DNA of 64,000 nt, taken from positions 3,172 through 67,171 of the forward strand of contig JADYYO010000342.1 in the NCBI GenBank assembly GCA_020853615.1. The letters are read 5' to 3'. The notes beneath the pieces were generated by a model. It searched no databases, was not told the DNA's origin, and worked only from the letters and a program-made list of their open reading frames with translations. A program made the translations under genes and the position numbers. The stretch comes from Thermomicrobiales bacterium. GTDB taxonomy: Bacteria > Chloroflexota > Chloroflexia > Thermomicrobiales > UBA6265. Shown in pieces: positions 33,059-41,188 of this stretch (position 1 is its first letter; every line of letters begins with the position of its first letter).

Positions 33059-33679
33059 TTGCTGCCCACGACCTACGATCCGCTGTTCCGCCGCTACGCG
33101 GGTTCGATCCCGGTCGCCTACCTGCGCGCGCTCACGCAGCGCGAGAGCGGCTTCAACCCCCGCGCCAACGCCGGCAAGGCGGCCGCGCAGGGCCTGCTGC
33201 AGATCACGACCGTGGCGCGCGACGCCTTCAACCGCGCCCAGGGCACGAGCTACACGCGGGACGACACGCTCGATCCCGAGGTGAACATCCGGATCGCGAC
33301 CAACCTGCTCCAGCGCATCATCGCCAGCTACCGCGCGCACCCGAGCGCCAACATGCGCGAGGACTGGAGCAACCCGGCGTTCGTCCAACTGCTGACCGCC
33401 GGCTGGAACGCCGGCTACTCCGAGGGCGGCGGCGTCGGCAAGGTCGCGCGCTACCTCGAGCAGCGCAACCTGCCGGTCACGCCCGCCACGGTCTACCAGC
33501 ACGCCGGCGCGGCCGGCGCGGTCGCGTTCTTGTCCGATCCGGCCCGGGCCCGCTGGCACCAGTCGGTGGCCGAGCTCTACCTGGCGCAGCCCGATCGCGC
33601 CTCCGCCGCCACGCCGGCGCTGGGCCTGCTGGCCATGGCGCTGCTCGCGTGGGGCGGCTACACCCTGCTGACGAGGTGA
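33059..33679 (+). CDS. lytic transglycosylase (SLT domain) with C-terminal TM anchor; endolysin candidate
   Basis: LTQRESGFNPRANAGKAAAQGLLQIT (catalytic-Glu motif ES-GLLQI); TTG start; ends LGLLAMALLAWGGYTLLTR. Confidence 0.75.
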   Translation: MLPTTYDPLFRRYAGSIPVAYLRALTQRESGFNPRANAGKAAAQGLLQITTVARDAFNRAQGTSYTRDDTLDPEVNIRIATNLLQRIIASYRAHPSANMREDWSNPAFVQLLTAGWNAGYSEGGGVGKVARYLEQRNLPVTPATVYQHAGAAGAVAFLSDPARARWHQSVAELYLAQPDRASAATPALGLLAMALLAWGGYTLLTR

Positions 33680-33683
33680 TCCG

Positions 33684-34310
33684 ATGGCCCCCAGCCTGCG
33701 CAACCTGACCCTGGGGCTGCCCCAGCAATTCGTGGAGACGGTCGCCGACCGGCTCCGCCAGACCGGCGGCCGGATGTCGCCCGAGGTGGCGCGCGCGCTG
33801 CCGAACGGGCCTGCCGGCGCCGACGCCAAGGATCTGCAGCGGTGGCGGACCGAGATGTCGGTCATCTTCACGACGCAGCTCGGCGTCTCGCAGCAGTTCT
33901 ACCAGGCCGAGCAGTGGCAGATCGTCCAGGTCATGCTCGAGACCGCGGGCCCGGTCGCGATCTCGACGCGGACCGACGTGCTGCCGGTGCTGTCGGGCAA
34001 GGGCCGGCTGCTCACGACGAACATCAACTACAAGTTCGTGCTGCCGCGGGGCGCGCGCCTCTACTACGCCGCCGAGTCGGTCAACCGGATCGCGTTCTCG
34101 GTGGAGCCGATCCCGTGGCTCGAGCAGCTCGCGATGGAGATCCGCCGCGTCAGCGCGGGCGGACTCGCGGGCGCGAAGGAGATCGTCAAGGCCGTCCTGC
34201 GCGGCCAGCCGGCGCGCGACGAGCTGCCCGCGATGCCCGAGCCGCCGCCGCCGGCGAGCGCGCCGCCGCCGCTCCGCCAGCTCAAGCGCCTCCCCAACTT
34301 CCGCGGATAG
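33684..34310 (+). CDS. hypothetical beta-rich protein (208 aa)
   Basis: Full ORF; WQIVQVMLETAGPVAISTRTDVLPVL...YKFVLPRGARLYYAAESVNRIAFSVEP. Confidence 0.7.
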   Translation: MAPSLRNLTLGLPQQFVETVADRLRQTGGRMSPEVARALPNGPAGADAKDLQRWRTEMSVIFTTQLGVSQQFYQAEQWQIVQVMLETAGPVAISTRTDVLPVLSGKGRLLTTNINYKFVLPRGARLYYAAESVNRIAFSVEPIPWLEQLAMEIRRVSAGGLAGAKEIVKAVLRGQPARDELPAMPEPPPPASAPPPLRQLKRLPNFRG

Positions 34311-34319
34311 CGAGCCCCC

Positions 34320-35237
34320 ATGACCCTGCCCAACCAGCCCAGCTCCGTCGACGCGGTCCTCGCCAACCAGGACTTCTTCCGGATCTTCCAGCCCGTCACG
34401 AGCCCCGGGGACATCTGGGAGATCGACAACGGCGCGCACGCGGTCTACATCGGCCCCAACAGCGATCTCGCGAAGGTCCGGCTGGCCTACTACCAGCGCG
34501 CGGCCGCGCTGAACCAGCAGGAGATCGCCGACGTCTCGGTCAACGGCCCGTTCGCGACGCGGATCGACGCGCTCAACGTCACGCCCTACCAGGGCCTGGG
34601 CGGCCAGAAGGGGCGGATCCTCGCCTACCCCGACGACATCGTGGATCTGGCCTACGAGCGCCCGACGTCGGCGCTCTCGGTGCCGCAGCGGCGCTACAAC
34701 GTCGTCCCGCGGATCGACCTGATCACCGCGCTCAAGCAGATCCCGGACATCCCGCAGGTCCGCGCCGATCGGACGCTCCGCTTCCCGCGGGTGCCGTTCC
34801 AGAACCTGGGCGAGACCGACACCAACGGCTCGACCGACATCGTGATTCCGATCTACGGCCGCCGCATGGTGACCGTCCAGATCGTCACGCCGGCGCTGGT
34901 CGCGCACGAGACCTCGTTCTTCCTGGCCGCGCTGCAGCCGGGCACGACGCAGCCGTTCGCCAAGTTCCTGGGCTCGGTGCTCAAGCCAGCGATCGCGGTC
35001 CAGGACACCGACTCCGTCGTCTACCGCGCCTCCGACCAGGTCAGCCAGATCACCGGCACTGGCACCACCGACGCGCCGTCGACGTTCGACTACACGCAGG
35101 AGTCGCAGCCGCTGCCGAGCGCCAAGGGCCAGGCCGACCTGCTGATCATCAACGTGCGCCCGGCGTACGGCGAGACCCCGCCGCCCGGCTACTCGATGAT
35201 CTCGCTGTTCATCCAGGTCTCCGACCGTGAGGCGTAG
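34320..35237 (+). CDS. hypothetical beta-rich virion-like protein (305 aa)
   Basis: Full ORF with normal composition, ends ADLLIINVRPAYGETPPPGYSMISLFIQVSDREA. Confidence 0.75.
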   Translation: MTLPNQPSSVDAVLANQDFFRIFQPVTSPGDIWEIDNGAHAVYIGPNSDLAKVRLAYYQRAAALNQQEIADVSVNGPFATRIDALNVTPYQGLGGQKGRILAYPDDIVDLAYERPTSALSVPQRRYNVVPRIDLITALKQIPDIPQVRADRTLRFPRVPFQNLGETDTNGSTDIVIPIYGRRMVTVQIVTPALVAHETSFFLAALQPGTTQPFAKFLGSVLKPAIAVQDTDSVVYRASDQVSQITGTGTTDAPSTFDYTQESQPLPSAKGQADLLIINVRPAYGETPPPGYSMISLFIQVSDREA

Positions 35238-35621
35238 ATGACGACCCCCGCGACCACCATCCAAGAGGCGATCGACCTGGCCGCCGACAACATCGCGGAG
35301 CTGTCCTACGACGGCGTCGTGTCGCTGGCCAGCCGGATGAACGACTGGGTCGACGGCATGTTCGTCGCCCCGGCCGGGATCTACATCGACGTCGACAGCA
35401 CGTCCCAGCGCCGGGTGCTGGACTGGTTCGGGCCGACGCGCCGGGCGCAGGCCGAGATCGAGGGCCCGAACCCCGGCGACAGCGGGCTGATCGGCACGTC
35501 GGCGGTGATCGACGCCGTCACGCGCGCGCTCTGCGCGGTGCGCGACTCGGCGCTGGCCGGCGCGATCACGGCGACGCAGGAGACCGACACGGTGACGCTG
35601 TTCAACACGGCGTGGACCTGA
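35238..35621 (+). CDS. hypothetical protein (127 aa)
   Basis: TAGATG junction; MTTPATTIQEAIDLAADNIAEL... Confidence 0.7.
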   Translation: MTTPATTIQEAIDLAADNIAELSYDGVVSLASRMNDWVDGMFVAPAGIYIDVDSTSQRRVLDWFGPTRRAQAEIEGPNPGDSGLIGTSAVIDAVTRALCAVRDSALAGAITATQETDTVTLFNTAWT

Positions 35622-35623
35622 CG

Positions 35624-35878
35624 ATGAAGATCGTCGACGCCCGCTCGGGCAAGGCCGTCCAGATCGGCCAGACGATCAAGTACCCGTGGACCCCGGAGTT
35701 CCAACCCCACGGGCCAGAGTGGATCAGGCTGGTCGACGTCCGTCCCGGCATCTGGAGCGCGAGCGCCATCATCCAGCGCGGCAACGGGGTGCGGTCCGAG
35801 ACCCTCGAGATCCCGCTGGTCGTGCGCTGGACGCACCCGAGCTACTTTCTGCAGCACGTCGCGTTTCTGCCGACGTAG
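35624..35878 (+). CDS. hypothetical small protein (84 aa)
   Basis: MKIVDARSGKAVQIGQTIKYPWTPEF... Confidence 0.65.
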   Translation: MKIVDARSGKAVQIGQTIKYPWTPEFQPHGPEWIRLVDVRPGIWSASAIIQRGNGVRSETLEIPLVVRWTHPSYFLQHVAFLPT

Positions 35879-35881
35879 ACT
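35876..35881 (+). promoter_or_regulatory. TAGACT box, 7 nt upstream of ATG 35889
   Basis: cGTAGACTGcggcgcATG; the TAG is the stop of the upstream gene. Confidence 0.45.
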
Positions 35882-35888
35882 GCGGCGC

Positions 35889-36452
35889 ATGCGCTCTCCC
35901 ACGAACCTCGAACGCCGCCCGATCAACCGCTGGGACTCCTTCGCCACCGACGAGTTTCGCCACCGCGCCTACCTGTTCGGGAGCGGGAACATCGGACGCA
36001 TGGACCACTGCAACATGGACGTGCCGGGCTCGCTGTCGCCGGACCTGACGACGGTGATCGAGCACGTCTACGCGCGGACCGAGGCGGCCCCGCGCGATCT
36101 GGTGGCGACCCTCGATCTCCATCGGTGGGCCAGCCACGCGGTCGTCCGCTTGCTCGTCGGCGACAAGCCGCGCCGCGTGTTCGCCCTGGCGGATCTGCTG
36201 CAGGAACGTCCGTGGGAGCCGGCGGCCATCGCGATCGCGCGCGAGATGGAGGCCGGCGAGCCCGCGGCGGCAGGAGTGGTCGCGGCCTACAAGGAGCGTC
36301 TCGGACAGCGGCGCGGCGACGGGCCGCCGGGGGTGGAGGTGCCGGTGCGCCAGTACGTCGCCGTCGACATCGATGCTCCGGACTGGCCGCCCGGGCCGCC
36401 GACCCGGATCTGGATCCATCTCGAGGGCTTCCAGGTCTGGCCGCAGTGCTGA
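35889..36452 (+). CDS. hypothetical protein (187 aa)
   Basis: Full ORF MRSPTNLERRPINRWDSFATDEFRHRAYLFG... Confidence 0.7.
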   Translation: MRSPTNLERRPINRWDSFATDEFRHRAYLFGSGNIGRMDHCNMDVPGSLSPDLTTVIEHVYARTEAAPRDLVATLDLHRWASHAVVRLLVGDKPRRVFALADLLQERPWEPAAIAIAREMEAGEPAAAGVVAAYKERLGQRRGDGPPGVEVPVRQYVAVDIDAPDWPPGPPTRIWIHLEGFQVWPQC

Positions 36453-36643
36453 TCGGCTTCGACCGCACGAGCGGCGAGATCCTGATCGACCGTCACGGTC
36501 GCCGCATCACCGATGTTGGTCTCGCGGCGTTGTGGTTGCGCTGGGACGCTGGCACGCCACCCGAGACGCGGGTTGCCGAGACGCTCGTGATCGACAACTA
36601 CACCCGGGGGCGCGACGACGGGATCCCGAGTGCCTTCGGGTAA
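36446..36643 (+). CDS. hypothetical small protein (65 aa)
   Basis: GTG overlapping the upstream stop (GTGCTGA); VLIGFDRTSGEILIDRHGRRITDVGLAALW... Confidence 0.5.
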   Translation: MLIGFDRTSGEILIDRHGRRITDVGLAALWLRWDAGTPPETRVAETLVIDNYTRGRDDGIPSAFG

Positions 36644-36653
36644 GGGCTACGTG

Positions 36654-36659
36654 TAGACT
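36654..36659 (+). promoter_or_regulatory. TAGACT box, 7 nt upstream of ATG 36667
   Basis: gtGTAGACTGcggcccATG. Confidence 0.45.
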
Positions 36660-36666
36660 GCGGCCC

Positions 36667-37687
36667 ATGAAGCTCTCCGTCATCACTCCGACCTGTCGCT
36701 CCAACCCGCGGTTCGCGGAGATGGCGGCGACGCTCCTGCAGTCGTTCATGCGCGCGCCGGCGACGACGCTGCTCGAGTGGCTCATCGTCGACGAGGTGCT
36801 CTGGCGCGATCCGCCCGAGGAGCGCCTGGCGCCGATCACCGAGGCGCTCGCGACACTGCCGCTCGAGGTGCGCCAGCGGATCCACGTCGATCACTTCGCG
36901 CCGCCGCCCGGCCAGCACCGCGGCCCCGACATCGCCGACCCGCTGCCCGCCCACAACACCGCGCGCAACGCCGGCCTGGCCGCGGTCGCGCCGGACAGCC
37001 GCTACGTCATCATCCTGTCGGACTGCTCGCTCGTCACGTCCGACTGGGTCACCGTCGCGTGCGAGCTGGCGCAGCAGCACGTGGGCTGGAAGTGCCGGCT
37101 GGCGCAGGTCCACGACATGGTCGTGCCCCACCACCAGCCGCTCCGCTACCAGGACGCGTGGGACACGTTCCACCCGGTCGCAGCGACGACGGTGGCCGGG
37201 CCGTGCTGGGGCGCGCCGCTCGACGCGTTCCTCGCGGTGGGCGGCTTCGACGCCGACTACGACGGCGAGGACGACTACTACGACCACGAGATCCTGCTGC
37301 GCCTCAGCCGCGTCGGGATCCAGTTCCACACCACCAAGCGCGCCGGCGTCGTCCGGCTCCGCCGCACCCTCGTCAAGCACGAGGTGACCAACCACCGCGA
37401 GGTGCTCCATGCGAAGCGCAACGTCGCCTTCTACCGCGCCCTGGCCGCCGACCGCGATCGTCTCCTGCCGGGTGGCAACGCCACCGGAGGTGCCCAGCTT
37501 GGCCGAGGCGCCCCCCACCAGCCGCCGCGTCCCGCTCCGGCTCCGGCTCCGGCTCGCGTGGCGCCGCCTGTGGCGGCCGGAACGCGTCGGGTTCCGGGCG
37601 CTGGCGTTCCGCCGGCGCGACCTGCACCGGCGCGTCCTGCGGCTGCACCTGCTGCAGACCACCGGCTCGCGGTGGGATCCGCCGTGA
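36667..37687 (+). CDS. family-2 (GT-A) glycosyltransferase; reading frame switches +1 near 37450-37500
   Basis: MKLSVITPTCRSNPRF..., GGFDADYDGEDDYYDHEILLRL. GC3 collapses in the starting frame after ~37455 while the +1 frame has high GC3 and stops at 37685-37687. Confidence 0.6.
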
Positions 37688-39309
37688 CGGCCGCGCCGCC
37701 GGTCGCGCGCAGGAACGATCCCCTGACGCCGGCGGCGCACGCGAGCGAGATCTGCGGCTACGTCCACGACGGCACCGCCTGCAAGCTGGTCACCGGCCAC
37801 GCCGGCGCGCACGTCTTCGGGACGCCCGAGTGGGTGTTCGGCGTCGACCCGGCGACGTACGTGCCGCGGTACCGGGAGCTCGAGGCCGCGATGGCCGAGC
37901 GCCGCCTCGCGATCGCCGATCCCCAGACGCCGGCCGAGCGGATCGAGCCGCTCAAGGCGGAGATCGCGGGGCTGGCCGACGAGCAGTCCGATCTCTGGTA
38001 TGCGCTCAGCCCGGCGCAGAAGGACGAGGTGGACCCCGAGGGCGCGCAGGCGCGCGCCTACGCCCGCGAGGCGGGCTCGATCCCGCAGGAGGCCCCGCTG
38101 TCGCTCCACGAGCGCGCCCAGCAGGCGAAGGCGGCCAAGGCGGCCCGGGTGGCGGCCGAGCAGGCCGGGACCGCGCCACCGCTGGCGGACGACGAGCGCT
38201 GCCCGTACACGCCCACCCAGGGGAGCTACGCCGGCATGCGTTGCCGCCACCGCGCGCGCCACGGCGGGCCGCACGCCTACATCGGCCAGACGCCGGCGGC
38301 GCCGGCGGCGCCCGCGGCCAAGAAGCCCGCGCCCACCGTGCCCCGCACGCCGCCGCAGCCCACCGCGGCGATCCAGCAGACGATGACCGCGCTGGCGGAC
38401 CACGGCCAGGTCGTGGTCGGCGAGCTCGCGCTCCTGCCCAAGAACCGCGCCCGGATCGCGGTGGCGATGGCGGTCGCGCTCCGCCAAGACGGGCTGCTCA
38501 CGCTCGAGGCCGACTACCGGCAGTTGCTGACCGAGATCGCCGCGGTCGAGTTCGGGCCGGCCGGCAACGCGCGGTCGGCTCTCGACGAGACGCCCGAGGG
38601 CTGGCTCGCCCAGCGGATGTCGACCTACGCCGGCGCCGAGCTCGACGCCGACCTGGCCGGCGTGGCCGAGATCTGCCAGATGCTCCCGGCGATCCCGGTC
38701 TCGCAGGTCGCGTTCCGCGCGCTCCACGACCACGCGCTGCAGGTCGACCGCTGGCGGGCCGCGAGCGGGCTGTCGCCCCGGGCCGAGATGAAGCTGATCG
38801 ATCGCGCCTACGCCTGCGCCGCCGACCACGGGATCGCGCTGACGCCGCCCGACGACTTTGGGGACTACGCGCTCGACGAGCTGGCCGAGCTCGAGCGCGC
38901 CAACGCCGAGGTGGGCCAGGACGAGATCGCGTCGGTCGAGCCGCTCTCGGCGGCGGCCGCCGCGTGGGAGGCGATGGGCCCGGTCCGGGCGATCGTCCAC
39001 ACCGACGCCTACCTGCAGGCGATCGCGCACGCCAACGGCATCACCGTCGACGAGGCGCAGCGCCGGCGGGACCAGCCGGTGACGCCCGCCGATCAGCCGC
39101 ACGACGACTACGCGACGATCGTGCGCTGGGTGGCGCCTGCCGACGTCACCGGGTTGCTGGCGAAGAACTGGGTGCTGGTCAACGAGGACGACCAGGATCA
39201 GCTCCGCACCTGCTGGCCGCTGCCGGAGCCCGAGTGGCCCGAGGAGCGCCAGCTGGCGTGGGTGCCCGACGCCGACGCGGTCGCGATGCTGACGCTCGAT
39301 CCGCTGTAG
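37684..39309 (+). CDS. hypothetical protein (541 aa) with two Cys/His motifs
   Basis: GTG 37684 in a GTGA overlap with the +1-frame stop; CGYVHDGTACKLVTGHAGAHVF and CPYTPTQGSYAGMRCRHRARHGGPHAY; GC3 high again from here. Confidence 0.6.
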   Translation: MTAAPPVARRNDPLTPAAHASEICGYVHDGTACKLVTGHAGAHVFGTPEWVFGVDPATYVPRYRELEAAMAERRLAIADPQTPAERIEPLKAEIAGLADEQSDLWYALSPAQKDEVDPEGAQARAYAREAGSIPQEAPLSLHERAQQAKAAKAARVAAEQAGTAPPLADDERCPYTPTQGSYAGMRCRHRARHGGPHAYIGQTPAAPAAPAAKKPAPTVPRTPPQPTAAIQQTMTALADHGQVVVGELALLPKNRARIAVAMAVALRQDGLLTLEADYRQLLTEIAAVEFGPAGNARSALDETPEGWLAQRMSTYAGAELDADLAGVAEICQMLPAIPVSQVAFRALHDHALQVDRWRAASGLSPRAEMKLIDRAYACAADHGIALTPPDDFGDYALDELAELERANAEVGQDEIASVEPLSAAAAAWEAMGPVRAIVHTDAYLQAIAHANGITVDEAQRRRDQPVTPADQPHDDYATIVRWVAPADVTGLLAKNWVLVNEDDQDQLRTCWPLPEPEWPEERQLAWVPDADAVAMLTLDPL

Positions 39310-39312
39310 ACT
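39307..39312 (+). promoter_or_regulatory. TAGACT box, 7 nt upstream of ATG 39320
   Basis: ctGTAGACTGgagcgcATG; the TAG is the stop of the upstream gene. Confidence 0.45.
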
Positions 39313-39319
39313 GGAGCGC

Positions 39320-39937
39320 ATGGCGCTCGACCTCGGCTTCCGGAAGCCCGTCCCCGACAACGTCTTTGCCGAGGTGATGAGCGGGTGGGGCCGGCCGCGC
39401 GCCGGCGGCAAGGAGCACTCGGGGCTCGACATCCTCCTGCCGATCGGCAAGCCGGTCGTGGCGATGGCGGACGGGCAGGTGATCCGCGTCCAGGCCACCG
39501 ACGACGGCGGCTCGGCCGGCATCTTCCTCGTGATCCGCCACCCGTCGGGGATCTCGAGCCGCTACATCCACCTGGGCCGGGCCGACGTGCGGCTCAACCA
39601 GCAGGTCGCCAAGGGCCAGGTGATCGGCGCGTCGGGCAACACCGCGATCAAGAACAGCCCGCCGCACATGCACGTCGACATCAAGGTGCCGGCGGCGCTC
39701 TTGCCGCAGATCGAGGCGGCCGCCGGCAAGCCGCCGGGCGGGTGGCACCCGCTGGTCAACCCCTGGGGCTACGGCGTGCCGGCCGAGCCGTGGATCCCGG
39801 TCGACCGCTACTCGGCCCGGACGCTCGAGGACGCGCAGCGCAACGGGATCCCGCTCTACCGGGGCGGGGCCGCGAAGGCGGTCGGGCTCGCCGCGCTGCT
39901 GCTCTTGGGCTGGGGGCTCTACCGCCTGACGCGCTAG
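39320..39937 (+). CDS. M23/LytM metallopeptidase with C-terminal TM anchor
   Basis: HSGLDILLPIGKPVVAMADGQV, RYIHLGRADVRLNQQVAKGQVIGASGNT, PPHMHVDI; ends AVGLAALLLLGWGLYRLTR. Confidence 0.8.
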   Translation: MALDLGFRKPVPDNVFAEVMSGWGRPRAGGKEHSGLDILLPIGKPVVAMADGQVIRVQATDDGGSAGIFLVIRHPSGISSRYIHLGRADVRLNQQVAKGQVIGASGNTAIKNSPPHMHVDIKVPAALLPQIEAAAGKPPGGWHPLVNPWGYGVPAEPWIPVDRYSARTLEDAQRNGIPLYRGGAAKAVGLAALLLLGWGLYRLTR

Positions 39938-40200
39938 ATGCGCTCGCGGATCTGCTGCGGCTGGGCCGGCCCGTCGATGCGGGGTTGCGCCGGGGCCAAC
40001 GGGAAGTCGCGCAGGGCCTCGGCGCGCGCCGCGTCGTTCATGCGGAGGAGCTCGTCGTTGTGCGCCTTGCACAACCGCGGCTCGAGGCCCTCGGCAAAGA
40101 CGCCCAGGGCGATGTCGTAGAGGACGGTGTACTCGGCCGGGCTCGCGCACCGGCAGCACGTGGCCGGCGCGGGTGGTTCGACAACGTCGGTGTTCGGCAT
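39934..40200 (-). CDS. hypothetical small protein (88 aa)
   Basis: Full ORF MPNTDVVEPPAPATCCRCASPAEYTVLYDIALGVF...; convergent overlap with the M23 gene stop. Confidence 0.65.
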   Translation of the reverse strand: MPNTDVVEPPAPATCCRCASPAEYTVLYDIALGVFAEGLEPRLCKAHNDELLRMNDAARAEALRDFPLAPAQPRIDGPAQPQQIRERI

Positions 40201-40206
40201 CCGACG

Positions 40207-40216
40207 ATGGTAGCAT
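40207..40216. promoter_or_regulatory. overlapping divergent -10 boxes in a 23-bp intergenic gap
   Basis: Plus strand TAGCAT (40211-40216) + 7 nt + ATG 40224. Minus strand TACCAT (40212-40207) + 6 nt + ATG 40200. Confidence 0.45.
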
Positions 40217-40223
40217 CGGCCCC

Positions 40224-40571
40224 ATGTACGCGTGGCCCGACGATGCCCCCCGGATCAGCCCCACCCCCGCGCTCGAGGCGCACTACCGCGCGGCGATCGC
40301 CGCGTCGGTCGCGTGGCTCGAGGCCAACGCCGCGCCGGCGCCGACGTGGAGCGGCGGCCACCACGCCAGCCCGGCGGATCCCGCCGCGCAGGCGCACCAC
40401 GCCGCGATCGTGGCGGCGATCGCGGCGCAGCCCGGGCCGACGCCGCAGGGCCTCGCGCTCCGGACGATCGTCACCGTCGCGGCGCGCTGCGCGTTCGTCG
40501 CGCGCGCCGGCGGCTTTGGCGAGGCGGGCTGGGCCAAGGTGCGGGCGACCTTCCAGAGCCCGCGGTCGTAG
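40224..40571 (+). CDS. hypothetical Ala-rich protein (115 aa)
   Basis: MYAWPDDAPRISPTPALEAHYRAAIAASVAWLEAN... Confidence 0.6.
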   Translation: MYAWPDDAPRISPTPALEAHYRAAIAASVAWLEANAAPAPTWSGGHHASPADPAAQAHHAAIVAAIAAQPGPTPQGLALRTIVTVAARCAFVARAGGFGEAGWAKVRATFQSPRS

Positions 40572-40573
40572 CC

Positions 40574-41188
40574 GTGCCGATCCGCGGCCAGCGCGTCGTG
40601 ATCGTCGGGGACAGCCTGTCGGCCGGGCCGCACACGCCCGGCCAGGTGCTGGCCGATCGGCTCGCCGCCGCCGGCGCCGACGTTCGCGTGAACGCGCGCG
40701 TCGGGCGCAGCGCCAACAACTTCTACGGCCGCGAGGACTGGCGGGGCCAGCTGCAGCAGATCGCGGCGACGCACCCCGACGTCGCGATCGTCGTGCTCGG
40801 CACCAACGACATCGGCCTGTCGATGACCGTCGACGCCCAGCGCATGACGCAGCTCCGCGACGCGCTCGCCGGCGCCGGCGCCGACGTCTACGCGTTCGGG
40901 CCGCCGACGTTCCCGCCCGGCACCCGGCTGGTCGCCGGCCAGCCCCAGGTCGTGCGGATGATGCGCGACGTGTTCGGCGGTGATCGCTTCATCGACCTGA
41001 CGCCGCTGACCGCCGACCTGGTGACGAGCCAGCACCGGACCGGAGACCAGGTTCACTTCACCGCCGCCGGCGGCGACGTCGCCGGGCAGCGCATGGCCGA
41101 CGCGTTCCTGCGGGCCTCGAGCGCGCCGGGCGGCGGCTGGCCGGTCGCGGTCGCGCTGCTCGTGGCCGGCTGGTTCCTGCTGCGGTAG
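40574..41188 (+). CDS. SGNH/GDSL hydrolase (esterase) with C-terminal TM anchor
   Basis: GTG start; VVIVGDSLSAG (block I), VLGTNDIG (block III), GDQVHFT (block V DxxH); ends GGWPVAVALLVAGWFLLR. Confidence 0.75.
   Translation: MPIRGQRVVIVGDSLSAGPHTPGQVLADRLAAAGADVRVNARVGRSANNFYGREDWRGQLQQIAATHPDVAIVVLGTNDIGLSMTVDAQRMTQLRDALAGAGADVYAFGPPTFPPGTRLVAGQPQVVRMMRDVFGGDRFIDLTPLTADLVTSQHRTGDQVHFTAAGGDVAGQRMADAFLRASSAPGGGWPVAVALLVAGWFLLR

Noticed and set aside
36667-39309. Annotating the whole 880-aa in-frame stretch as a single multidomain glycosyltransferase
   Set aside because: Third-position G/C content collapses in this frame between ~37455 and 37684, while the +1 frame is strongly coding and terminates at 37685-37687 in a GTGA overlap. 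I therefore split it into a frame-switching GT2 gene and a separate 541-aa gene.
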